DNA of 64,000 nucleotides, from NCBI GenBank assembly GCA_965644295.1, contig CBFFRP010000094.1:107008-171007 (forward strand). The letters run 5' to 3'. The notes beneath the pieces are model-generated. The model was not told the DNA's origin. It searched no databases and was given only the letters and a program-made list of their open reading frames with translations. A program made the position numbers and the translations under genes. Source of the DNA: Paraphysomonas bandaiensis (lineage: Eukaryota > Protista > Chrysophyceae). Below, piece after piece: positions 26,973 to 38,949 of this stretch (position 1 is its first letter; each line of letters opens with the position of its first letter).

Positions 26973-27697
26973 CAGGGAAAGGGAAAAATATATTGCAATA
27001 CTATTGTTAGATAGCGTTCCATCAATAGTATTGATGGATTTTTTAAACCGGCCCAACAATACTATTGCAATATTTTAGTATCTTTAATAAGTAAGTAAAC
27101 ACCTCCGTAGATTCAATTATTAGAACTTGTCATTATAAGGTCACTTGATAATTAAACCCACTACTTCTTAACTAATTAAAAGTTTCCTCATACTCATCCT
27201 CTGAGCCATCATCGGTGACGTCATCAACACCATATTCATTTAATATTAATTGAAAGATGCTTGCATCCGGCCACAACTGTCGATTAGCTTTCAGAAACAA
27301 CAGCATATATATTAAGTGTAGTAGGATGAATACGTTTGCAGAACACTGAAATAATCAGTTTTGCTGCGCTGAACAGGCGTTCACATGTACTGAAAGTACA
27401 TACTCCATGACTCGTGCACCTCTATTTAGATATTTCAACTTTCCGTTTCTAATTTTTTTGAGCTGATTGAACAATTTTTTCCGCTTAGCCAACTTCAACT
27501 TCACCATCCTCTGTATTGTTGCAATAATAACTGTCTGCACGGAGATATTGTAACGGAATCTTCTCAGATCTTGTCAACTATCATAATATTGATTGCAATA
27601 CTGTTGTGAGCTACTTAAACAGAAAAAATATTGATGGAATATTTGACCAGCCCACCAATCAATATATTGCAATACATTATATTGTTCCCTATCACTG
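26973..27697 (-). mobile_element. Non-autonomous hAT element (second family) with TIRs
   Basis: TIRs are CAGGGAAAGGGAAAAATATATTGCAATA and, read from the other end, CAGTGATAGGGAACAATAT. Internal dimerisation-domain remnant CERLFSAAKLII...FLKANRQLWPDA. Flanks tcataaat/ccacaaag match 5/8. Confidence 0.7.
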
Positions 27698-27985
27698 CCA
27701 CAAAGCGGTTGTACATGGTAGTATCAGGGCTTACTAACACCTAGAAAATTGGTTTGGTGCTAAAAGTAAAAACGACACCACCGTAATGCATTTCTGTCTT
27801 CGTGAATAGATTCCATTAATCTATAAAACAAAGATCTCTAAACTGGACTCTATACACTACGGTGGCGAAACTTATTCCTTACTTTGACTGCGCCTTCTAA
27901 TCCTATTATCAAGGGAATATACAGCTATTACTCACATAGTCTATAAACAACAGGTTGCATCAATTGATATTTCCGTATAATGGGT

Positions 27986-28001
27986 GGTGTTAAGAAACAC
28001 C
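27986..28001 (-). other. Histone 3' stem-loop of H2B copy 2
   Basis: Same 16-nt hairpin as 21050-21065. Confidence 0.85.
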
Positions 28002-28038
28002 AATTAAAATATCCCGTGAATGCTAACAAAGCCGACGT

Positions 28039-28392
28039 TTAAGCGGAAGAAGTGAACTTAGTGACGGCCTTGGTGCCCTCAGAGACGGCATGCTTAGCGA
28101 GCTCACCAGGGAGCATGAGACGAACAGCAGTCTGAATCTCTCTGGAGGACAGAGTAGACTTCTTGTTGTAACGAGCAAGACGAGAAGCCTCAGAAGCGAT
28201 TCTCTCGAAGATATCGTTGACAAAAGAGTTCATGATAGACATTCCTCTCTTGGAGATACCAGTCTCAGGGTGGACCTGCTTAAGCACCTTGTACACGTAA
28301 GAAGAGTAGCTTTCTACCCTCTTCTTGTGGCCTTTGCCAGCAGCCTTCTTGGCGGGAGCCTTTACGCTCTTCTTTCCAGGAGTCTTAGCCAT
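28039..28392 (-). CDS. H2B: Histone H2B (orphan copy)
   Basis: Protein identical to the other two copies. Confidence 0.95.
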   Translation of the reverse strand: MAKTPGKKSVKAPAKKAAGKGHKKRVESYSSYVYKVLKQVHPETGISKRGMSIMNSFVNDIFERIASEASRLARYNKKSTLSSREIQTAVRLMLPGELAKHAVSEGTKAVTKFTSSA

Positions 28393-28735
28393 TGTCTTGA
28401 GTGAGTGTTTGTTTCCTTCCAAATATCAGAAATATGATTCCCCACTCAAACAAAAACACACCCAAGCACACTTCAAACAACTCACAGCAGAGCGTATCTT
28501 GAGTGGTCGCATTTCTTTTTTTGCATCTTTGGTCTGCTCGTGAGTGAAAAATAGCATCTCATATTTTAAACGCAGTTTTTATATTAATATAGCAGTTGAT
28601 ATACAGTGTCTGTATTACAGTATAATGGGGTGTATGATATAGAATACAGTTGTACGTATTTCTATGTGTTGATATGGTGCGTGTGCATACATACGTATAT
28701 CACTATGAGATCTTACACACGCATGAATTGGTACA

Positions 28736-29720
28736 TTATGTCTGCGTTTCCTCTAGGGCAGCAGTCAATCCTTGCAAGGGGCCTTCCATTGAGTTACCAG
28801 TTTTACTAAGTTTAGTTTTTTTCTCAGCCCTCGCTTCAGCGTAACTTTTCTTACGTTCTGCATTCGCTTTTCCACACTTTCTGTGTTTCCACATAGGCGG
28901 ATGAGTCTCTTCCACGTTCACCAGCAGACCGCCCAAAGGTATTTAATTGAGACTGATCCAAGTCTCCATATGCATATGTAACAACACTGTGCGTGATACA
29001 CCCATCGCGTCTGCGTTTCTGCTATCATCGGCCTCTGACAGATCCCTATTCTTTCCAGAACGATTAAAATCCCTCAAGACTGCAGTTATAAATGACCGTT
29101 CTTGTAGTAACCACTCCTTTATCCAGACTTCATCGCGAACAATGGATGCACGCTCATGATTTGTGGGATTGAGGTCATAGCATCTCGAAGCAAGTGATTT
29201 CATATCCTGATCACTTGCAAGATACGGGTGAATAGGAACTGGCGAGCCATCATGCCCTTCTGTCGTATTCCATATATATTGAAGCCAATTATTTCCATGC
29301 GTCCGTCGTTTCCGCAATCGTAGACTTACCAGTGAGAGACGGAGCTTCACTCTTTCGGGCGTCCAAATCTCTTCTGGACATTACCCCAAGTGCAGAAGTT
29401 ATATGCGCTTGGGCAGCGGGGTAAAGGAATAGCTCTACTATTCTGCAGAGATCATCCTTCGAAGCGCTTTTGCGTTTTTTTCAAAGGATTCGACTTTCTT
29501 AGTGCCTGTTGGATCAAAGCAGCTTGAGTATCCTGTTTACATTTTATATAAAATGGTGTAATTGTAATTGAACTTATATATACCCCCGAGAAAGCTTGAC
29601 GTTTGGTTTGACGTTTGGCCACCCCAGTAATTCCCCTTATTCCTCCCCCCTAGGATAGCTATCTGGACCATTTTGTATTTCTGAGGCAATGCTTGCAGCT
29701 GGTGAACTCGATCCAGACAT
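28736..29720 (-). pseudogene. Broken coding-like region of unknown family, possibly TE-associated
   Basis: Adjacent ORF pieces (WLQYIWNTTEGHDGSPVPIHPY...EWLLQERSFITAVLRDFNRSGKNRD; lysine-rich tail) separated by stops and frameshifts. Confidence 0.35.
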
Positions 29721-29936
29721 CTTTATTGTGATAACAGTTCTTATTTAATAACATCAATGATCCATTTTTCAGCCATCTCTCAAACAACTTATAACATCAG
29801 TCTGAGGGCGTCCCTATTAAATTAACAATGACAGCTAATTCTACCAAACGTTTGAGACACTTCTTCTAAAAGTTAAGAATTTTATTCGATTAGGTTAGCA
29901 GAAACATTTGCAAAATTTAGTTAGAACAATTTACAG

Positions 29937-30780
29937 CAGGGCTGAGTATCAACTAATTGATTTTCAATTAAATGTAATTAATTGTCAATTATTGAAATTT
30001 GGACATCAAATCATAATTGCAATTATAATTGACTTCAGCTTGCTTTAATTAAAAAATACCACGTTTTTATACTTGATAAGTTAATACTTAATAAAAAATT
30101 GAAAAGTTGATAAAACAATTTGTCGTCGCAACAATCCAATTTTTACGATAAAAATTGAAGAGAAAAAACTATATTATCCATACGATTAACTCACCTATTA
30201 ATTCATTTAAATAATTAGCAATATGATCGATAAACTGATACCAGAGGTCAATGCACGAGTGTTCTTTGAGAAAATAAAAGATTATAACGAAGAGGTTGCA
30301 ATGCTTCCAATACATTTCGGTTTGATTGTTAATGGGTGGACGTGCAGCAAGGAACATTAAAATTGATGAGGATGAAGAAGATAATGACAGTGAGAGTCTA
30401 GTTCAGAATGACGACCCAGCGCAACGTAAGATTGACAGTTGCAGGCAATGGAAGCGAGCACAGCAAACTCGTTACCGCAGCATGAAACACTTACACGCCA
30501 CAACCAATAGTGTTGAAAGGTATTTCAGTAGAGAGTAGAGCTAAGTTTGTTATGACTGATATATACAAGAGTATTACTTATGTTTTTACGCATGTACCGT
30601 CGCCTGTGGAATGAAATAACAGTTGAGATAGCTATATATTGTATGTTGGCCGCAAATGTAGTTTAGTACTAAATAATTGCAATAATTGCAATAGAGACAG
30701 CAAGTAATAATTGCGATTATAATCGACTACAACCTGTGTCAATTAATTGTAATTAATTGGCAATTATTTACTATAGAGCT
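29937..30780 (+). mobile_element. Decayed hAT element
   Basis: Starts CAGGGCTG with AATTG-rich subterminal repeats. Contains YRSMKHLHATTNSVER.FSR.AK.VMTD (hAT dimerisation domain), homologous to 62080-62330. Confidence 0.7.
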
Positions 30781-31402
30781 ATATAATAGTATAAGGTATT
30801 GACAATTGGTCATTTTCACAATTATGATCGTAAGAAAAGTTTATAGTAATCAAACTAGATAGAGTCTTTTATAATATTGCATACACAATTGAGTGTGTTG
30901 TCATGTAAAACATATCAACAACATGAAAACTATTTCGTTTATTTCAACCTCTTGTTAACTTCCGTATCTTGACAACGATTTAGCTTCACAGTTATAGCTA
31001 TATAGTATCTTTAACTACGTATGAGAACTTGGAAAACGTTGAGGACGACAGCGATTTATAGCCCTTAATGGCTGTTAAAATGGAAGGTTGGCCTCTCATT
31101 ATACATTTTGAAAGGTACTGTTTCTTTGCACGGTCGATTACGTTTCATTCCCTCTTGACCTCGCTTGAGCTACATGACTAAGTTCAGCTTGGATCCATGG
31201 GGGCGTAATACGATACTAGTTTTCAGATATCTCCAAGCAATTTAACAAAGATTTTTCAACTGGACTCTATACACTACGGTGGCGAAACTTATTCCTTACT
31301 CTGACTGTGCCTTCTAATCCTATTATCAAGGGAATATACAGCTATTACTCACATAGTCTATAAACAACAGGTTGCATCAATTGATATTTCCGTATAATGG
31401 GT

Positions 31403-31418
31403 GGTGTTAAGAAACACC
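31403..31418 (-). other. Histone 3' stem-loop of H2B copy 3
   Basis: Same hairpin as the other H2B copies. Confidence 0.85.
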
Positions 31419-31455
31419 AATTAAAATATCCCGTGAATGCTAACAAAGCTGACGT

Positions 31456-31809
31456 TTAAGCGGAAGAAGTGAACTTAGTGACGGCCTTAGTGCCCTCAGA
31501 GACGGCGTGCTTGGCGAGCTCACCAGGGAGCATGAGACGAACAGCAGTCTGAATCTCTCTGGAGGACAGAGTAGACTTCTTGTTGTAACGAGCAAGACGA
31601 GAAGCCTCAGAAGCGATTCTCTCGAAGATATCGTTGACAAAAGAGTTCATGATAGACATTCCTCTCTTGGAGATACCAGTCTCAGGGTGGACCTGCTTAA
31701 GCACCTTGTACACGTAAGAAGAGTAGCTTTCTACCCTCTTCTTGTGGCCTTTGCCAGCAGCCTTCTTGGCGGGAGCCTTTACGCTCTTCTTTCCAGGAGT
31801 CTTAGCCAT
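31456..31809 (-). CDS. H2B: Histone H2B
   Basis: Identical protein; only synonymous differences. Confidence 0.98.
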   Translation of the reverse strand: MAKTPGKKSVKAPAKKAAGKGHKKRVESYSSYVYKVLKQVHPETGISKRGMSIMNSFVNDIFERIASEASRLARYNKKSTLSSREIQTAVRLMLPGELAKHAVSEGTKAVTKFTSSA

Positions 31810-32105
31810 TGTCTTGAGTGAGTGTTTGTTTCCTTCCAAATATCAGAAATATGATTCCACACTCAAACAAAAACACACCCAAGCACACTTCAAACAACTC
31901 ACAGCAGAGCGTATCTTGAGTGGTCGCATTTCTTTTTTTGCATCTTTGGTCTGCTCGTGAGTGAAAAATAGCATCTGAATTAGAAAATCGTATCTTGAAA
32001 CGACATGAGCTGGCAGTGATTTGTTTTTTGAAGTGTGGGAAGTCTCATAATTTCAAATACAGAAATTAGCAGTATAGAAATTGACTCTCGTTGATTCAAC
32101 TAAAC

Positions 32106-32528
32106 ATGCCCGCTAAGACTGGAAAATCTGGCCGTGGTACTGCCAAGAAGTCCACCTCATCTTCAGCCAAGGCTGGTCTTCAGTTCCCAGTTGGCCGTAT
32201 TGGCAGATACCTGAAGAAGGGTCGATATGCTCCCAGAGTTGGTGCTGGTGCTCCCGTCTACCTTGCCTCTGTGCTTGAGTACCTCACTGCTGAGATTCTT
32301 GAGCTTGCTGGTAACGCTGCCAGGGACAACAAGAAGACCCGCATCATCCCTCGCCACATTCAGCTGGCTGTTCGCAATGACGAGGAGCTCAACAAGCTTC
32401 TGGGCGGAGTCACCATCTCTCAGGGTGGTGTCCTCCCCAACATCCACAATGTGCTCCTTCCCAAGAAGTCTGCTTCTTCTTCTGCTCCTTCGAAGAAAGC
32501 CAAAGCTTCTGCTTCTCAGGACTACTAA
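32106..32528 (+). CDS. H2A: Histone H2A (SQDY, H2A.X-type)
   Basis: Protein identical to 19940-20362. Confidence 0.98.
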   Translation: MPAKTGKSGRGTAKKSTSSSAKAGLQFPVGRIGRYLKKGRYAPRVGAGAPVYLASVLEYLTAEILELAGNAARDNKKTRIIPRHIQLAVRNDEELNKLLGGVTISQGGVLPNIHNVLLPKKSASSSAPSKKAKASASQDY

Positions 32529-32553
32529 GTGTGGTATGTTATGTAATTCAATC

Positions 32554-32569
32554 GGTGTTTTTTAACACC
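32554..32569 (+). other. Histone 3' stem-loop of H2A copy 2
   Basis: GGTGTT-TTTT-AACACC-ACCA. Confidence 0.85.
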
Positions 32570-33845
32570 ACCAATGATGGGACAAACATTTAAGTTTAGA
32601 AAGTTCAGCCATTTAACATTGATTGTTTCCTTCTGTGTCCAGATGTAGAGTATTATAAATGCTTAGTAGATGCATGTCGTAGCGGTTGACTATGAGTTAT
32701 GGCTGACAGATCTCCATACAATCAATTTGCATCGTAGTCGAGGTTGTGTATTGCTGAATTATATATATTAGGAGATAATAACGTTGTGTTGCTGTAGGGT
32801 AATTGTAGCAACACATCAATCACCAATTTTTTTCTCTACAAATCATATCTTTCGCCTGAGCATAGGCCACCAGAATGCAATCTCAGAAGGGTATATTACT
32901 GCTTCCCCTGGTGCCTGACGTGAGGCACAAAAGGCAGTCCCCGATGCAAATTGCACGAAATGTATGTGTAGTCTTAAACGTTCCAGTGTGGAAGTAGTAG
33001 ACTTAGACCACTGCTTTTACTTGTCATGCTGTACGTTGTACAACGTCCATCATATATATGCATCTATCAACATAGAACATAGTGAGAATGGTCGCACCTT
33101 CGTGCTTGCGGCGACGCACAAGCAGTTCTCGTAGAGTTAAAATGGATTGCGCAAGATGTTTTACTTAATATATTATTATTTTATAAATGCAGTATTGTGA
33201 TTGTTTAGTAATGATGTGTGGTGAAATGGTGAAAATTCTCGTAGAGGTAAATAGTACTAGGATTTCAGAGTTCAGAGTTTGCACTAGTGAGTAAATGGTA
33301 GATGCTTACCTAGCTTCTATCTTGACTAGTGTGTTCATCTAGCTCACTCAGAGAATCGCAGAATACAAATTAGCCATGGCGATAAACATCAACAAGCTAC
33401 ACGTTTGTTGTACTTTTGAGTAGGTTGTAGTTAATGACTTAAGTACTACACACTACACATCCATAGATCGCAACAGATGCAGTATCAGTGAATGCCGCAG
33501 CCATAAGGCATAAACAATAAACAGAAGCAATTTCGAGTCATTGAGATATATCAGATATCGATTGAAATAAAATCAAACGACAAATGGGTATGCCTCGTTG
33601 CCAGAGAGAGCAAGCAGAAGCGATATATCTTGGAATGAGAGTGCACTAATGGCTTATTAAGATGGTGAGTGTCATATTGTCATGGCGATTCACCGCGAGC
33701 AAATACCTCTCCATAATTTCAAAGGAATACTAAGATAACGTAATGTGCAAGTAGAAAGTATAGAGATATATAATATATATAACACCAGTTTCCGACTAAT
33801 GCGACGGAACACTGCCAGGACTAGCCGATTTCGAGCCACTGACAG

Positions 33846-35329
33846 CTAAGGAGTTTCTTCAGTAATATGGCCGGCAGCTATTAAACTCTGTACATATTCT
33901 TTCCATTGCGCAGGTGGAGTGACGTGTCTCATCAATGATCGGTGCTCGTACACTGAACCATATTTTCCAAAGTTAACGGCATGATCAGGGGACAGATGGG
34001 CAGTTGGCTTGTACTCAAACTTACTGGCGCCCTGTAGGGTGGCGATACGGTTATACATGAAGTAAGAGAACTCCCAGCTGCTGAACTGAAGGAAAGAGAA
34101 AAGAGCATTTGTATAAGGCCACACTGACGCCATTCTCCAACGTTGAGCAATTCCAATACTCTCTTTGTCAAGGTTCTCAACCATATGCCAATTCCATGGT
34201 GGATTCAATAGCATGTCCCCCTACAAAAACAGACTTAGAACAACAGAATCAATAGAGTTGTTAAACTTACCGGCTCGAGAGTGTACTCATACTTCGGTGC
34301 ATAACGATAGAGAGGAAAGTGCTCGTCGATGATGGCGTCGGAGTTGTTTCCGTGCATCACCATCCAAGTCAAGAAGCTCTTACTGTCTTTGAAAAGACCA
34401 TTCATCATAGGATACATTAGGAAAGAGTTCGAAGGATCCACAAACGTCCACTTTTTCCGACCATGTATCATCATGAAAAGATTGTTGTAGTTGGCACAAT
34501 GGTACAGAGCGCCAGTTGTATCGAACACACTCATAAACATCTGAGAAAAGAGGTAGTTTCGAGGCATACTAGCACGAGACGTAGCAGGGATGCCACTCAT
34601 ATGTTCACTGAACCTCCACAGTTCTAACTCGTCCTCCAAAAACGGTTTCTTCTCAAAAATATTGGCGTTATTGTCAAGATAGCAAGGATGTTCAGGGTCG
34701 GATCGGCTCTGCACATATTCAGCGAGAGTCCAGTGACGAACTGTCCCATCCATACAACGTGTGGATGTATTGAAGTCACCTACCCGATCGGCTAAATTGT
34801 CAGGAGTCCAAGACATCGCAGGAATATCCAATACAGATTTTAGAATCACAGGGCGACCCATTTTAACGTAGTTGTTAAAAAAGGTAGGGCCATCTATCTC
34901 ATCCATCCGAAAATTAGGGATTTCATAGACATTATCAGCACCCTTGGGCACTCCTCTTCTCTCGAAGTCTTCAATAATATCTTTATGAATAGATGCAAGT
35001 AAATCCTCGAAGAGAAAGTTGTCTCTCATCCAGTAGCGCATGCAGTAAATGCCTTTGAGTTTCAGAGAGGTCATGTATCCAAGAGGGACATAGTCCGATA
35101 TCGGGACAGCGCTCAACGGCTCGTGTAGCAGGAGACCGAACCCATACAAGCCGTGTATTCCTTGAATCAGCTGAACACCAGCCATTGCAAGGAGAGATGG
35201 TATATGAAACCCATAGAGTTGGAGTGCAATTGCAAGCAATGCAACACCAACAGTGAGCTTCATAATGAACCCAGTAAAGATGCCCCGCTTCGTCGAGTTC
35301 ATTGACTTCGCACCACCTGACTTACACAT
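33846..35329 (-). CDS. JmjC/cupin_8 Fe(II)/2-oxoglutarate oxygenase-fold protein with N-terminal signal-anchor; HxA...H iron site
   Basis: FFNNYVKMGRPVILK, YHCANYNNLFMMIHGRKKWTFVDP, TLEP|GDMLLNPPWNWHMVEN; intron 34221-34270. Confidence 0.85.
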
Positions 35330-35553
35330 ACTCAACGGGCTTATAAGTCCCTTCGGAGGGTTGCCAACTGCACTTCTATTTAATGTGACTCTGATGGAAT
35401 CGCCTTATGGCACCCAAGAACACATACGACGATTGTCAGATCCGTCTCCACACAACTGTATAGATGAACACCCGAACTGACCATTGAAAACACAAAAAAA
35501 CAACGTGGAGAAATTCAACGTGGAGGACACACACCAACATATATGTACATACG

Positions 35554-36055
35554 TACATACATACATACATACATACATACATACATACATACATACATAC
35601 ATACATACATACATACATACATACATACATACATACATACATACATACATACATACATACATACATACATACATACATACATACATACATACATACATAC
35701 ATACATACATACATACATACATACATACATACATACATACATACATACATACATACATACATACATACATACATACATACATACATACATACATACATAC
35801 ATACATACATACATACATACATACATACATACATACATACATACATACATACATACATACATACATACATACATACATACATACATACATACATACATAC
35901 ATACATACATACATACATACATACATACATACATACATACATACATACATACATACATACATACATACATACATACATACATACATACATACATACATAC
36001 ATACATACATACATACATACATACATACATACATACATACATACATACATACATA
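35554..36055. repeat. (CATA)n = (TATG)n microsatellite, ~125 units, in a divergent promoter
   Basis: Pure array between start codons 35329(-) and ~36093(+). Confidence 0.97.
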
Positions 36056-36092
36056 GCGTGTGTTGTGGATGTTGTTTTACAGTACGGATGGG

Positions 36093-38188
36093 ATGGGTAT
36101 GATATCTGTAGCTGTGAGATGTTTGTTGGCATGTACAGCTTTTTTTCTAGTTATTGCTTCTCAGTGTGACTCATGTGGAGAGTTGTGCCCTGATTTTGTG
36201 TACTCAGGAGCAGCAGAGTCAGGGCTGTTTGTTAATCATAGTCTAGTCTCTCTGGCAGCTCTACCCCATCAGCACGACCATGAGATCTCCCCCCGGTGTA
36301 GGTCCAAGCTCTTGCGTGAGTATAGAGATATAGATGTGTACCGAACCCGCAGTCGCTGCTCGTTTGCACCGCTGGATCGGCTCTGTGTTCTCGGTCGGGA
36401 GCATATCAAGCCGGAGGATACTGACACACACACCGAACCAGTCTTCTTCGTGATGCTGAGCGGAGATCCTTTAATTGCTCTTAAGTCAGCTGACAAGATA
36501 CTTAACAGCCAAGAAGTTAAGAGTGGCTTGTTACTGGCGCGGTTTATTTTTCACATCGATTCCTCGACTGATAGTAGTGAAGTGTGGAATAATGTAGCGG
36601 ATTGGGCCTCGAATCCAACGTATGGTCGATCAGTCCATGTTATCGATCGTGACCTGGCTACAGATGTGGAATGGTGTGACATTTCTATCGTCGAGGCACA
36701 GTTGTTTGGTATGAAAAAGGCACTAAATACGTGGTCTAATATGACATCGTTTGTGACAATCTCTGATTCTCACTATCTTGTCGCCCCTGTAAGTAATCTA
36801 TTAAACTTTTTTAGACGCCACAAGAGTGAGAATTTTGCTGGAAGTCATTCCCTGACTAGAGGAAGCGATGTTTTTTGGAAGTACATCCTCAACGACATAA
36901 CTTTTATGTGTGATCGGCAAGTGGTGCATGTTGGATGGCGAGATGACCCATTCAGTAATGCCAATGAGTTATATCACACAACCAACCTCTATAGCTTCTG
37001 GTCTGTTGAGTTTGTAAGATATGCAGTGAACTCTAGTGTCGGTCTTGGTGCAGTGCAGTCCTTATTAGACAGACTTAAATACACTACCAACAGCGACGAA
37101 ATATTCTGGGGCACCCTCTTTTTCAATTCTCCATTCTGCCACACGGCTGCACACTTGGATCGGTCTATTGGGGAGGAAGTCACAGCTCTTACGTGGAATA
37201 GCCACTGCAGGACTGCCGATACGAATGTCTTTGCTCCTGACTGCACGCACATGCACATGCAGCCGCTGTCGTGGTGGTATGGACAGAGCCCAAAGTGGGT
37301 GGTGCCATCTGAAGCTCCGCTACTTATCACTCGCCAACCGCTATTTGCTCGTAAAGTGAGTAGCAATAAGAGTGGACTTGAGTTTATTAATACAATTGAA
37401 AAGTGGCAGTTGGATTTTGAAGAGAGAGACCGCATTAATAATGCCAGTAAAGCGTTTCCTTTTCTCCTTTCTTCTGGAAAAGGAAAGAAGAGGCAGTGTC
37501 TTCAGATTGTGGAGCAGCTTCAAGATAGTATTGGTGTTGGATGGAAATGGGTTCATTGTAGTAAAAGGAGGAGCGGGGAACTCGCTGACACAGATACTGC
37601 ACCTACAGAGTTTTATTTACGAGACTGCGTGGGCCCAGTGCTGAACGGTAGCCACACTATTGGCGACGACTTATGTGCAGCTGGGTCTGACAATGAAGGG
37701 TTGCCATTTTACAGCAGTATACTTCCTGGTGGATATCTTTTCGGGCACTGCAAAATCTCATCCATGTCATCTAAAAAAGCTACTGATAATATGTGCCTGT
37801 CGCCATTCCTCCTGTCCATGTCCAGCGGAATCGCAGAGGGCTCCCTTCGGTATGAAGATATATATAGTAGGAGAAAGAAAGATGAAATGATTGGATTTAT
37901 CCCATGTCAAAACATTGGCTCAGTTGGTGCTGTTGAACAACTGTTTGCCTTTCATCGTGAACGAGGTCTTATCGAAGTTGCGTCAAAACATACCGTAGCA
38001 CTAGAATTAGGTAACATTCTACATCTACGCGAGCTATGACTAACACTTTCGTAGGTGGGGTTGGGGCCGGTGTAGCAAGTGCTCCTCAATATTGCCTTAA
38101 GAGGTCTGGAGATGTGGTGTCATTGGAAGACTGCCACAATATTTCCTCTAAGTATGGATTAAAGTTAATAAAATCGGGTTCATGGTGA
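36093..38188 (+). CDS. GT14 (core-2/I-branching, xylosyltransferase-like) glycosyltransferase with a Cys-rich C-terminal region
   Basis: Signal-anchor; FVTISDSHYLV, YTTNSDEIFWGTLFFNSPFCHT and PLFARK motifs; intron 38011-38054; stop 38186-38188. Confidence 0.7.
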
Positions 38189-38949
38189 TCGAGTGAGGCA
38201 TTCCATGCAGTATTTTCACATTGCACTGTCCGGTAGCCATACTGGGAGGTGCAGAATAAGCTTCAATGTACATAGTATAATGGCGCACATAAGTACAACC
38301 TATATGCGTATTTTTGTGATTCTAACATTAGCTTCTTGAATCTGACCTCGCTGCATATACCATTGCTATTTCAGCTTTATTTTAAACCCTTGCTAAATGA
38401 TACTATCGTGTTGATTTGTCGCTTGAGTATCATCTGCATTGAATATCCCCAGTGCACAGGATATTCATCTGTACTCTGTTTTCTCTGTTTTAATATGCTA
38501 TTTTTCAACTCCCACGTGGGAAAGCTTTGACACTTCAAAAAAACATTATGATATCTATGAATCATATTGTCTTTGGTGAATACAAAAATTTCAGCGATGA
38601 GCTCATGAAATACATCCCTGAGATTGTGCCTATTAGCAGTGATGTAAATATGTAGACACCCTCCGGTATTGGGGAAGCTTTCCAAGATGTTGCAAAAAAT
38701 GTTGCGTTTTTAAACTATTAAAATTAAACTTGTAGTAGTACAGTATTGACTGAATTACGTTAAGAGAGATATAGTGAAATTATGATGTTGTAGCACTGTG
38801 ATTGAGGAACCACATCAATCACCAACTATTAAGAGTCATTGATTCACGTATATCCCTTAACACGTGAATACAACACATGTATACAATCAAATACCAAATA
38901 GACTGAATAATTACCAAACTATACATGATACGCGACTGTACAAGATACG

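Larger units (their letters stand above)
27828..28559. repeat. Partial third copy of the histone unit (H2B plus flanks only)
   Basis: Direct repeat of 31245-31976 and inverted repeat of about 20492-21220; breaks off in the H2A/H2B promoter at 28559. Confidence 0.9.
30797..33233. repeat. Right arm of the inverted histone duplication
   Basis: Reverse complement of 19241-21645. Confidence 0.9.

Noticed and set aside
38340-38690. Possible pogo/DDE_1 remnant (IFNADDT on the minus strand)
   Set aside because: Single short motif, many stops and no TIRs found; too weak to call.
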